Below are positions 37,722 to 49,522 of a stretch of DNA of 64,000 nucleotides, piece after piece. The notes under the pieces are model-generated. The model was not told where the DNA came from. It saw only the letters and a program-made list of their open reading frames with translations, and did not search any database. The stretch is taken from NCBI RefSeq assembly GCF_964355755.1, contig NC_092672.1, forward strand, positions 24,875,237 through 24,939,236. Reading direction: 5' to 3'. Source of the stretch: Antedon mediterranea (taxonomy: Eukaryota > Animalia > Echinodermata). Both the position numbers and the translations under genes were made by a program. Position 1 is the stretch's first letter; each line of letters begins with the position of its first letter.

Positions 37722-40700
37722 CTAAGTAAAAGACATTCCTTTATTAAACATGTTATTTAACGTCTGTTATGACAAATACAGTGAATGCGTGGTTCTAAAC
37801 AACATTTCATTACCACGCAAAGTGGATTGAATTTCGTGAAATACACATCTACGTCATTTAACTAACGGATCCTTAATATCATTTTTTAATGAATGATCTA
37901 CATGGGTTATCCTTATTAAAGAAGACAAATAAATAATAAATTATCTAGGCTGCCTAGCTCTTAAAAATGTATTGTCCCCCAAAAACCTGAAAAATGAAGA
38001 TTAATTAAATCAGACTTTGGATAGGTTATTTTGTAGTTTTACTAAATTTAATCACTTCCATAGAAAAAAAACATGTGTTTACTTACAAAATGACAAACAT
38101 AAATTGTTAAATTAAACCAAAAACCATTGGCTGGCAGCCAATTTGACTATTTGTTGCTTTAAATTACTGATGTTTCAGGTAAATACATTTTTTTTCGGTC
38201 CAATTTTTTGTCAAAGAAGATAACTATTATGTGACATTAAAATGGCATATTCAACAAAAAAATTTAAAAAAATATGTTTTCAGTGGGACAATACATCTTT
38301 AACTTGAAAGCAATAAAGACATGATATTTACCACTTTGAAGAATTTTGGTTCAGGCCATTCAATGAAAATTCGCTTACGTATATACACATTAAAAGCTCC
38401 AAAAAACAGCATAACAAATAAGATAATAATTCCCACCACAAGAAACGGAATGATAAATTCATCTGAAAGTACAACATATCATGAATTGTTGCAAATTTTC
38501 TGAAAACATGAACATTGTAAAAGAAAAACAAGAGAAAAAATCTTTTTTTTTTTCTATATGGATTATGAACAATATACGATCACATCTAAAACAATAGAGG
38601 CACTTCTTTAATTTGATCACACAAATGCACCCAAAATATTATTCAAGCAGGTAGTAAAATTACGCTATTTTCAGATTAAGATTTTCATGAGAAGATATTA
38701 TATGCAATAGTGAAGCTATTTCTAAGCATTCAGTAGTAGAGAAACAACAACAAGTAGGCCTAACATTGTCGCAATTAAACTCGACATGTGTGCTATTCTA
38801 AAGTGTAATAATTGTTAATAGGCTTATTCACATACCAGGCTCATCTTGCACTGCAACTGTATTCAGAGTTACGGGTCTCTCGGTCACCAAACCTAAAAAA
38901 AAAATGAAATTGGTAAATATGAGGCTCTAATATCTATCTCTAGTTATACATTATGTGATGAAGTAAAATAGATTATGTAAATTTGTCAACATTAAAGTAA
39001 AGTAAGTGTTGAGCACTTTTCACATACTAGGCTCATCTTGCACTGCAACTGTAGGCCTAATCAGAGTCACGGTTCTCTCGGTCACCAAACCTAAAAAAAA
39101 ATGAAATTGGTAAATATGAGGCTCTAATATCTATCTCTAGTTATACATTATGTCATGAAGTAAAATAGATTATGTAAATTTGTCAATATTAAAGTAAAGT
39201 AAGTGTTGAGCACTTTTTCAGAATATTACCGTAGCTTTTGAGAAGAAGCCAAATGATTTCCTAACTTTACTCAATGATACAGAAAGTTGGTGCATACTTT
39301 TGGTTCTGATTTAACCATTATAATGAAATTCTTATTTATTATTAGTTATATAAGTATTAATTGACAATGAAAACAAAGTTTACCCCGAATATGGGTGTTT
39401 TCCAAATACATGCACAAGCGAACCCTCTAGGTATCATAAAGAGACATAGGCCAACATACCTTGTTTCAAGCATTTGAACTCATATAATATCCTGGTTGGA
39501 GGACCTTCGACTTCGACTTCAAACGTGTCTGCCTGAACACTCCTTAGCTCTAGATTATAGACAATGGTGTTCTCTGTGATGTTGTTGCACGGCACATTTA
39601 TGTCAATGTTATTCAATGTTAATTCTTCCTCAACAATTTCATTTAGTGATTGTCCAGTATAGTTTCCCGTAATGCGGTAAAAATACTGAGTTTCTTCATT
39701 TGGTGTTTCCCATTGTAGTGACAAGACGTTTTCGTTTTCTGACGATGTTACGTTCACGTCTATGATCATAGAAACTACAAAAACAAATTTAAAAAAGAAA
39801 ATGTTCTAGTCACGTACTGTATATATTGGTCGAGAAGGTAAACTGTTATTTTTATATACATTATGAGGATTTTGATATTTAATTTCATTTGGTCATTATT
39901 CATGCAGATCTGATTAGTGAGCACATAATGACAACTCTATTTTGCAGTTGTTACTAGATTCTATCTAGCTGACTATTGCAAGTCAGTTAGATACTACTGG
40001 AGGTGGATTAAATACACTATTAGTGACAGCTGTAAAATTGGATGTAATGACCCTAATCACTACATATGGTTATTTGAACATTGAATGCAATTTACAAACG
40101 TGTAGAAACGATCTAGGTACTAGGTATACGTATTCTAAATTACTTTAAAACTCACTGGGTAGTGTGATAATTGGACTCCAATCACTGAACTGGTGATGTA
40201 ATGAAAACCTTGATCGCACTTGAAATTCATATTCAGCCACAGCTGTCGTAATCTCCTCAATAATTATCTGCTTTTTATGCTGTTTTTCAATCTAATAAAA
40301 ACAATTCGCTTTTAGTCACTTTATCAATTATTGGGAGCTACATGACCTTATTTTTCTTTTGAAGAATTTTTTTACGTTTCAAGAATCTTTAAAGGGGGAT
40401 TCTGGGTTTAAAATTGCTTTTAAATATCGTTTATTTATTAAATAAAAAATATTATAACAATATAGACATGTCAGAATGAAGAAGTAATAACGAGAAATTA
40501 AAAAAAATTAATTTCATATACATTTTAGGGTAAATTCATGGAAAGTCTGTTTTTCAGCAGCTTAGGGAAGCTCATTAATACTCATGAGATATTCACAAAA
40601 TCACGTCATCAGTGGATTCCAAAATCGCGACGTCAAGCTTGTACGTTGTGTTCTCTCTCCTCTCTGTCAAACGACGACCACCCGATCATTGTGAAAAACA

Positions 40701-43700
40701 TTTTTTGTAGATTTGCTAAGCTAGGCCTAATTAAAGTGTAATAATAACAGTAGTAGCATATATTTATTTGACATTTAATGAAATACAAAATTTAGTATTA
40801 CGGAGTCATAAATTATACTATTTTTATACCTCGAATTAATAGTACAGATCGTATTTCGGCTTCACGTACTAGGCTAGGCCTAGCCTAAATAATGTTATTC
40901 ATGCCGGGGTGAGAGCCATTTCTGACTAGGGATTCCATGCCACGATGGCTACGTTAAAACATTGGGGCCATCATTCATCATGGGCCTAGCTAGCCTATTA
41001 CTAAACGATTGGCCCATCAATAACAAAACTCAGTGGATTCCAAACCCATCCTATCAAACCAAACTCCTAAACAATCTAAACCTAAAACGTTCTACAAAAA
41101 TCGGCTGTAAATATTGAGGCAAAACAAGGTCCGATCGCCGTCCGCACGTCGTATGGTGTCCCGATCGTCTAATAAGTAGGCCTAGTTTACTCTCCAAAAA
41201 AGCGGATACTGCATCAAGCAAGTAGACCGGTAGTAGGAAGGAGACCTAGCCTAGCCGATCCGGCCCAGTTAAAAATTGAGCTAGCTAGAGTGTAGTAGAC
41301 CCTATGCGAATTGATACGAGTGTTGACAAAGTGCGAGGCACGCGAGGCAAGCGAGGCATGCGTGGCATGCCAAATATTTGTGCGAGGCATCATTTTATCA
41401 TATCCAAAAGTGCGAGGCATGCGAGGCATATAGTTTACAATTTCAAAAAGGTGCGAGGCATATCTTAACGTGCTATATGCTATATTATAGGCCTAATAAT
41501 CAATCGATACAAGCGTATCTAATAGATTCGTGTATACACTCATCATGTTGTTTATTTTTATGTAACGATTGTTTTTTCATTCAAGTCATATCGTGTCAAA
41601 TTTTACTTTTACAAAAGTGCCCAAACTACGGTTCAAAAATCTGAACGACAGTCTTCAACTTTCGATAAACAATAATTGTTATAGCGACACACTCATCAAA
41701 TGACTGCAATGTTTGTTGGCATTTCGAGCGTGTTCACTCACATGTCTCTCGAACATAGCAGAGTGAAAATAATATTTTGTCACACCTACCCCTGCGCCTA
41801 GATCCGGTAGACCCGAGAGATGGAAAATCCCTCTTTACTATTTAGCAGGTAGCGGAATGATTCAGCCCTCAGCTCAGAGGATTGTGGTGCATTCACCTCC
41901 TATAGCACGTGGTTTCAGCAGCAACGCACAGACTTCTCTCTGAGCGGCGTGCCAAAGACATTTTTGACATTCCATTCTCTAGGAACAACACGTGTACCTC
42001 TCTCGCAAATAAGGTGAACAGCGATTGCCAGGACAAGTTCAATAACTGGCGGTGAATAAAAGGTAACTGATATGGCGATCCAATAACATGCCGCCAAGAA
42101 AAAAATTGCGACAGAATTCTGGAGCGCGTGTGAAAAAAGACTTACGTCCGACAATTGTAATACTAGGCCTAAAATTAAACTTTAGCTAATATGCTTAGCT
42201 CTAACCTAGATAAGAGGCCTATGTAGAAAATATTAATTTAATCAATTTTGATATAATAATAATAGGTGTAATATTTAATAATGATACACTATTCCTGTTT
42301 TAGTAAGCTAGGTATATTACGAACGATTTTTATTTATTGTTGTCCATGTACGTACTAATAAACCTGGCGCTAGTTTCCTTCGCTTGTATTTTTACTACAA
42401 ATTTGATAACTAACTTTATCGTGTGAATACCACACCTTAGAAGTATACCTCATGAGTACTTTAATGAAAGAATCACATAAAAAGTAACAAATAAATCCTT
42501 AAATTAATGATTTTACAGGCGTGTTTCTCGCACACTGTTCGCGAATTTCACTTATTCAATGTTCAATATTTTTGTTTCTATGGAGCGCCAAAAGAGCAAC
42601 GATAATAGAGGACTAAAACTCAGTGGAATGCGTCAATTTCTCATGCATTTATTGGTGAAAAACACGTTTTATTTCAATATATTTGTTAATTTGTCAATAA
42701 AAATGCTGTAATATGTTACTGCTGATACTGTTCTGTTTTCAAAGAATAATAATCGATCCTAAATCAACATCACTACCTAGTCTAGACCTAGGACATCCTA
42801 CTAAGGATATTATGATGAATTTTTCTATTTTATTCTTTAAAAGGTTAACGAAACCGTGTACATTATCAACAGTAACATTTTTCCTTACTGACAGTGACAA
42901 AATCTATTGAAATTGTACTTGATTTTCACCAAATAATGCGTTAAATATAAATGGATTTTTAGCCCTCTAATTAATTTTGCTTATTTGGCGTTCCATAGAA
43001 ACCAAAATATTGAACATTGAGTGTGCGAAATGCGAGAAAAACGTCTGTAAAATCACCAATTTAATGGATTTATTGTTACTTTTATGTGATTTTTCTTCAT
43101 TAAAGTAGGCCTACTAATTCTAAGCTGTGGTATTCAGGATAAAGTTGGTTAAAATACAAGGCTTGTGCAAAAGGAAACTAGCCTAGCGGGCCTAGGCCTA
43201 GGCAGGCTACTTCAATTTCGGTGATTTCCTGCCTTGCAATTTTGAGAAATGATAAAATGATGCCTCGCATTTTTTGATGATGGTAAAACGATGCCTCGCA
43301 TACATTTTTGACTTGCCTCGCATGCCTTCCCTGCCTCGCGTGCCTCGCTGCCTCGCACTTTGTTACTACCCAATTGATACTACCAGGCCTTTCTTTTACT
43401 ATAGGCTACACTTGTTAAAATTAGCAATACTGTACTTATGTTTACAAATATTCCAACTCTCTCATTCGAGCTATATTATCTATACCATTCCGGTAGGTTG
43501 AGTCGACCTTCAATCAAATACTGTACATCGTTCATGTTGTGATTATAGACGGGGTATACTCGACCCGACCAGTTTGGTATTGTATACTGTATCTGCTTAT
43601 CACGTGACGATGCCAGGCATGGGCAGAGAGAGCACGTGTATCGTCGTCTCGCTCTCCTCGCTCAGCAGGAATGTATATGTTACGCTTCATTGATTTTGAA

Positions 43701-46700
43701 GGCTTTCCCTAAGTCAGTGCGAAAATCGGCAAACGTAAAGTGCAAACTTATCTAATTTTTCACTGTTTTGATGGATTTTCATAGAAAATTGACTTTATAA
43801 ATGGGAAGACCGACTAAAATTACATCAGATAAGTATAATTTTACAAAAGTAATTGATATGGTTAATGATAACGAGTCGTCGGAAGATTTACCATTTCACG
43901 AATTTCCTATTCTGTAACCACAGTGTGATTTTGCCGTAGCTGCACTTGTAATCTGGCCTCATTTCACAGCCTTCGTTCTGCTTCACTGGGCGCTTATATA
44001 AATTGAAACTTTTACCGTTCAAGAGACAAACAAATATATTTTACATTTTTTACTATTCATTTTAAACCCGGAACCCACCTTTAAATTTTCTAATGAAACT
44101 GTACGATCAAGAGCGTCAAAAGTTTCAGATGTTTTGTAGAAGATGAATGAATTATTATTGTCATGTCATCACAGTAGCTTACCACAAAATCAGTGCAAAT
44201 ATTTTCACTTGCACTGATGGAGGGCAAGTGCTGTCTGAAAGCTACAAAAAATTCATTTTGATTTAGGTCTTTGCATATTTTATTTTGCATCTCCATTGCG
44301 ATCTAGCCACTGATACCTACAGTCTCGTCATTTTTTAGTAATTTGCCTTTAGATTAATAAATAAATTAAAATAAATAAATTCCAATCCTGGATAACGGTA
44401 TAACAATCTTTTAAAATGTGTGCTTTAATATTTTGAAAAATTGTTTAATGAAACCAAAACGACAACGTGATCTTTAGGAAGGAAGTGGTCTTTTGGTGCA
44501 TACGTGATATACGATAGTTATTCCACAATTTGTTGTCTCCTGATAATATACTGTAGATATGACAAAACAAATAGTGAAAATGATTGTAACTTCATACCTC
44601 TTCCTTCCATGTTTCATTTAAACGTCTGTAACGAAGTTGAAACCATAGCGAGTTACAATAACGGCAATCTTCTTGTAATTTCCAGAATACTATGACGTTT
44701 GATTCCTCCACTGAAACGTTATCAATTAATGGTGACAAAGGTACGGCTAAAAAAACAACAAAATGAAACGATTAGATCGTGCGTACAGCGATGAGAGTTA
44801 CTCCAGTGAATCTTTAACGATTAGATTGTGCGTACAGCTGTGAGAGTTACTTCAGTGAATCTTTAACGATTATAATAATCGTGCGTACAGCCATGAGAGT
44901 TACTTCAGTGAATCTTCAACGATTATATCGTGCGTACAGCCATGAGAGTTACTTCAGTGAATCTTTAACGATTAGATCGTGCGTACAGCCATGAGAGTTA
45001 CTTCAGTGAATCTTTAACGATTAGATCGTGCGTACAGCCATGAGAGTTACTTCAGTGAATCTTTAACGATTATATCGTGCGCACAGCCATGAGAGTTACT
45101 GCAGTGAATATGTAACGATTATATCGTGCGTACAGCCATGAGAGTTACTTCAGTGAATATGTAACGATTATATTGTGCGTACAGCCATGAGAGTTACTTC
45201 AGTGAATCTTTAATTTAGATAAGTAACGTCTGCCGTACATCAAAAGACATAACATATTCATTAAGACATTCTAAGGTTACCGAACATTAGTTCATTTAGG
45301 AGACACAAAAGCAAACCTAACTTTACTAGTGTTGTTTCGTCATGCTAATCTTCAAACAATTTAGATATTATTTAAGATTAAAAATTATGATTTTTGTTAT
45401 TTTATACTTCAAAAGCTCATTGAACGAAACCTTGTATCCCCGCCGGATTAATCACATAAAAGAGATTAGAAATTTGATCTTCTGTGGTGCTTGTATATTT
45501 TATGAAATAATTTGATGGTAATGATCTATATTTCCCAAACTTGTGCTAAATATTTGCCTACAGACCTTCAGTCTTAGAATCAAATGTGGATGTTGTATTT
45601 GCAGTACCAAACATATTTTCAACAACTACTCGTACTAGATGTGCTGTCATCGGATTTCCATCACTTTCTGAAACTTTGCACGTGCTGTCGTTTAGCTTAT
45701 TAGAACAGTCGATCCACACATTAGAACTGTTTCTAAGAATTAAAACAATTTATAATTCAATATTAATTGTTAGTAATCAAAATTCTATAAACAGTAATCA
45801 GTAATCTGTAATCAATAATCTGTTCTCGATAATCTGTAAACAGTAATCAGTAATCTGTAATCAATAATCCGTAATCAATAATCTGTAAACGGTAATCTGT
45901 AAACAGTAATCAGTAACAATAATCGGTAATAAGTAATTGGTAATCTGTAATCAGTAATTTCTAATCAATAATCTTAAACCAATAATCTGTAATCAGTAAT
46001 ACTCAATAATATTTAATCAATAATCTGTAATCAGTAATCTGTAACAATAATCGGTAATAAGTAATTGGTAATCTGTAATCAGTAATTTCTAATCAATAAT
46101 CTTAAACCAATAATCTTTAATCAGTAATACTCAATGATATTTAATCAATAATCTGTAATCAGTAATTTGTAAATATAATAGTATTATTTTGTTACTTTGT
46201 CCTTTTGTATAATATTTGATTATGCACGTGCAGCTGTTGAATTTAATGAAGGAGCGATGAACAGACAACTGGTTGGTGTCACATTACGAGACACTGTGAT
46301 AAGAGAAGAGTAAGAATGGCAGCCGACAACCGGCAACAGAAGGGAAGGGACGACATTATTTCTAATACAGGAAAATCTTTGGCTAGGCCAGCACAGAACA
46401 GAAACGAATCATGGCAAAGGCTTGTGGAGGGCTACAGTACATCCGACAGTGTTATGATGGAGCCGAGGTAAGGAAAGGTCATGCATTCTGTATTAGACAT
46501 ACCTAAAGAAATGTTTCATTTATCAATAATACAAATCACTTACTGAAATTGAAATGTATAGACAGTTCTAACTCCGGTGAATTCCGTTGCCCATGTACAC
46601 CAATAATCAACAATATTTGTCGATCTGCAGTTTAATGTTGGAGACGATGGCACGACTAAAAGATACAAATATAGTATAATATATAATATAATATAATATA

Positions 46701-48225
46701 ATATAATATAATATAATAATATAATATTTATTCGGTCATCAATGTAAAAATAACCAGGAATGAGAATAGGCTAAAGCCCAAACAGATTCTGCACTCACTC
46801 CATACAATACAATCAGTTAAAGATAAAACCATATACAAGAAAAATACAAATAAATTATACATAACATGAAATATAGTGTTTTGTTAGAGCAGCCTTAAAT
46901 ATTGAAATTGTTTGTGAATCTTTTATGTCATTTGGTATTTGCTCCCATAGTCTAGGAAAGGAAACAAATACAGAATTATGAAAAGTATTGCCTTTCGAAT
47001 TCCAACGTAAAAGCCTACCCGGACATCTTTCACTAGTTTTAATATACTCATTGAAAGAATGGGGACAGTAACCTTTCAACACCTTAAATCCTAATGAAAG
47101 TCTATGTAATTTAAACAAGTCATCAATAGATAATAATTCAAGCACTTTCAAGGTATATAACTATCTGTTGTGTGGATTCTTATTACATGTAAGGAGTGGT
47201 TTTCAATAATAACAACTCTCATCTCAGTCTCCAACCACATACAATAACAGACGAAAACAAATGTTTTAAATATATCATTAATCTGGGACGGTGCGGCCAT
47301 ACACGCCAATTGCCACATGCACCGCCGCAACATCTCTTTTTATTAACGGTGATTAATTAGATTCTAGGACTTCATAAAGGTAACATTCAAGATACACCTC
47401 GGTCCCGTTCATGATTACACGTAAGTTTGCTTCATGGATCAATTATCGTTAACTTTGGCGGGATCAAATCATGTTTTCAAAACTATGTATGCCATTGACT
47501 AACTTACTACCAACTGTAAATGACGATTCTGATCTATTTGTCGTTACTCTTCCATTTTGTTTTTCTACAAGTAAAAAGCATTCGATCCAATGTTGATAAC
47601 CTGTCATGTTTAGGTTTGTTAAGGTAAGAATGGCTTCTGTATTTGAGATTACAGCAGTATTTTTTCCTGAATTAATAGGTACTTCGTCAACTTTCCATTC
47701 AATATCCGAGGCATTGTACGATGTTTTTGTTTGATCTAACGTACATGTGAAGTTCAGGGTGGAACCGGCCAACGAATATGGATCAACGGGCGTCAGTTTA
47801 AGTGCTGCAATAAAATAAAAAAATGTTTAGGTACGTACAGCATATAAGTTGTGTCCGCACCCAACAATATTACTGTACAACAAAGAAAATAATGGTAACA
47901 TTGTAAAGAACAACAGTGAAATAGTTATTTAAAAAATATTTATTAAAGAAAAAAATTGAAAAAAGAAAGTTGTTAATTGTTTAACATTATAAAGAAGATT
48001 TATTAACCTATCATGCAAATATTTCTATTTTGAAACATAGATGTATTATAAGAAGTAAGTTCCATCGTTTCCTCAGAATATAATTCTTAAGTTAAATAGT
48101 TAAAATAAACAAAATGATGGTGTCTACTTACATGATGTAGCTTTGAAAGCGCAGACAGTGGTCAAAATAATCCAAATCTGGAACGTACACAATGGAATGT
48201 TTAATGTATAAGAGAGTTCTGCCAT
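37071..48225 (-). CDS. Class I cytokine receptor-like protein (gp130/domeless-like), about 700-723 aa
   Basis: Exons (minus): 48225-48132 (signal), 47804-47508 (Ig), 46655-46544 (CRS...YWCTW), 45732-45566, 44746-44598, 40291-40156 (YEFQVRSR...FSDWS), 39774-39460 (FN3), 39090-39028, 38892-38836, 38462-38332 (TM and IFIEWPEP Box1), 37721-37071 (tail). Phases are consistent; 2172 nt with all exons. Confidence 0.85.
37965..38298. mobile_element. Kolobok-like MITE (inverted copy of 4228-4555)
   Basis: TTAA flanks; ATGTATTGTCCC...GGGACAATACAT TIR. Confidence 0.7.
38332..38462 (-). CDS. Receptor transmembrane and Box1 exon
   Basis: DEFIIPFLVVGIIILFVMLFFGAFNVYIRKRIFIEWPEPKFFKV. Confidence 0.85.
38829..39220. 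repeat. About 195-bp tandem duplication carrying the receptor stalk exon
   Basis: Two near-identical units (38829-39020, 39021-39220), each with acceptor, exon and GTATGT donor. Confidence 0.9.
39460..39774 (-). CDS. Receptor membrane-proximal FN3 exon
   Basis: VLSLQWETPN...YFYRITG...YNLELRSV; phase 1-1. Confidence 0.8.
40393..44080. mobile_element. Kolobok-like non-autonomous element with nested insertions
   Basis: TTAA|AGGGGGATTCTGGGTTTAAAA ... TTTTAAACCCGGAACCCACCT|TTAA. Confidence 0.75.
41318..43371. mobile_element. MULE/Mutator-like element nested in the Kolobok-like element
   Basis: 9-bp TSD AATTGATAC (41309-41317, 43372-43380); TIRs with TGCGAGGCA repeats; internal inverted pair about 42365-42600 / 42985-43180. 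Confidence 0.8.
44768..45213. repeat. 49-bp minisatellite, about 9 copies
   Basis: ACGATTAGATCGTGCGTACAGCCATGAGAGTTACTTCAGTGAATCTTTA. Confidence 0.95.
45772..46172. repeat. Degenerate 7-bp simple repeat (AATCAGT/AATCTGT)
   Basis: Visible directly. Confidence 0.9.
46670..47151 (-). mobile_element. CR1/L2-type LINE 3' fragment
   Basis: ORF ...SFPRLWEQIPNDIKDSQTISIFKAALTKH; AATAAA followed by (ATTATAT)n tail. Confidence 0.75.
47508..47804 (-). CDS. Receptor Ig-like D1 exon
   Basis: GSTLNFTCTL...IEWKVD...AILTLTNLN...WIECF; phase 1-1. Confidence 0.85.
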
Positions 48226-48269
48226 CGTCTTTGGAACAATAAAAAGCTAATGATAATTATACATAGTAT

Positions 48270-48335
48270 TAACGTGATTGGTCGAAATGAATTATCGGAA
48301 TGATCGTTCTAAATGATAATCGTATGACGTCATCG
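48270..48335. promoter_or_regulatory. Candidate proximal promoter elements of the receptor gene
   Basis: CCAAT (minus strand, about 48276) and a perfect CRE TGACGTCA (48325-48332) within about 110 bp of the ATG; motif-only evidence. Confidence 0.3.
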
Positions 48336-48440
48336 AAGTACACAAAATAAAATGAGAGGGTTAATTTAGTGTCAAAATCAAAACATTAACTCTAAGTGAC
48401 CGGAAACATTCTTATTGAAAGGCAAATGTAACCTTTTTTA

Positions 48441-49522
48441 TGTAATATAACGGATATTGCCTTATTTTAAAGATATTTTATAACATTTGAGATCCTCGTT
48501 TAGTAGTCAATATATTTTCTCACCAGACTATAATTTCCATAAGCGCTACGCAATTCGAGGAAATAAAATACGATTTCCTCGAAGGAGGATTTCATATATT
48601 TTCCGGAGCTGCAGCACTGGCACAAACACAATAACATCATTCACAGAGACAGTTCTTGGTTTGGAAAAGTGCCCGTTTACACTTCAGAAGTTTCTTGAAA
48701 TCCTGCGATTACTACTCGAAGGTTCAATCCCACCAAACACAAGGTGACGTACCAACATAACATGGCAAACAAGTATGTTAAAAAAAACATGATCAAAAAG
48801 ATACATTATACCGTAAAGGTAACGAAATTAAATAAACTATTGAGATTAAAATTAAAATCAAGTAAAATTGTCTTCTCTCAGACATAATTATATTAAAAAA
48901 ACAAGTTAAGTGTCAAGCAAAATCAATACAGTTTAAACAATCAAACATCTAAACAATCCACATGGGATGTTAGTGTAGGGGTTCCCAAGAGCCACTTAGA
49001 AATAAAGCCGTTACGGTCTGGCGGTTTAATTACACGTTTTGAACGTCGGGGACTTAAGGTTGGTTCTGAAGGTGTTTCTCCTGAGGAGTTATCATCATCA
49101 GTATGATCCATGGCAACTGCGACAGGACTGATATCATGCTCAGTTGAAGGAGAAGTTTCTGACGGTTCCACAGATGCATGGACAGAAGCAGGGTTGATAG
49201 ATGGTGTTTCTTGTTGTTCTATGGATATTGCATCAACGGATTCTGGTACTGCAGTTTCAGGGACATAAGGTTGAATAAGATCCACATCTTTCCAAATAAC
49301 TGGTTAAAACTTAAGAAAAGACTAATCAGCACTTATCGTAGTCTTTCTTGAGAGTGATCCCTTCCTCCTGGCTGAACAGCAAATCCTGGTCACGGCACCA
49401 AATGTAACAGGTTCGTACTACTAGCGTCGTAGCTGTATCGCGTAGTATTTTCCGGAGCTGCAGCACTGGCACAACACAATAAAATCATTCACAGAGACAG
49501 TTCTTGGTTTGGAAAAGTTACA
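48441..49522 (-). mobile_element. Internally deleted LTR retrotransposon
   Basis: 120-bp LTR TGTAAC...GTTACA (49403-49522), then PBS TGGTGCCGTGACCAGGAT (tRNA-His-like, 49400-49383); Pol C-terminal tail RRSKRVIKPPDR; partial second LTR copy about 48598-48670. Confidence 0.75.

Noticed and set aside
38463-38499. Upstream acceptor at 38500 for the TM exon
   Set aside because: It introduces an in-frame stop; the acceptor at 38463 gives the correct TM and Box1 frame.
44090-44296. Minus-strand ORF inside a receptor intron as an extra exon
   Set aside because: Exons 44746-44598 and 40291-40156 already join in phase to complete the FN3 domain, and the ORF shows no domain resemblance.
46200-46503. 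Possible receptor exon after the acceptor-like site at 46503
   Set aside because: Stop codon in the required phase; FPYLGSII suggests a small LINE remnant, too weak to call.
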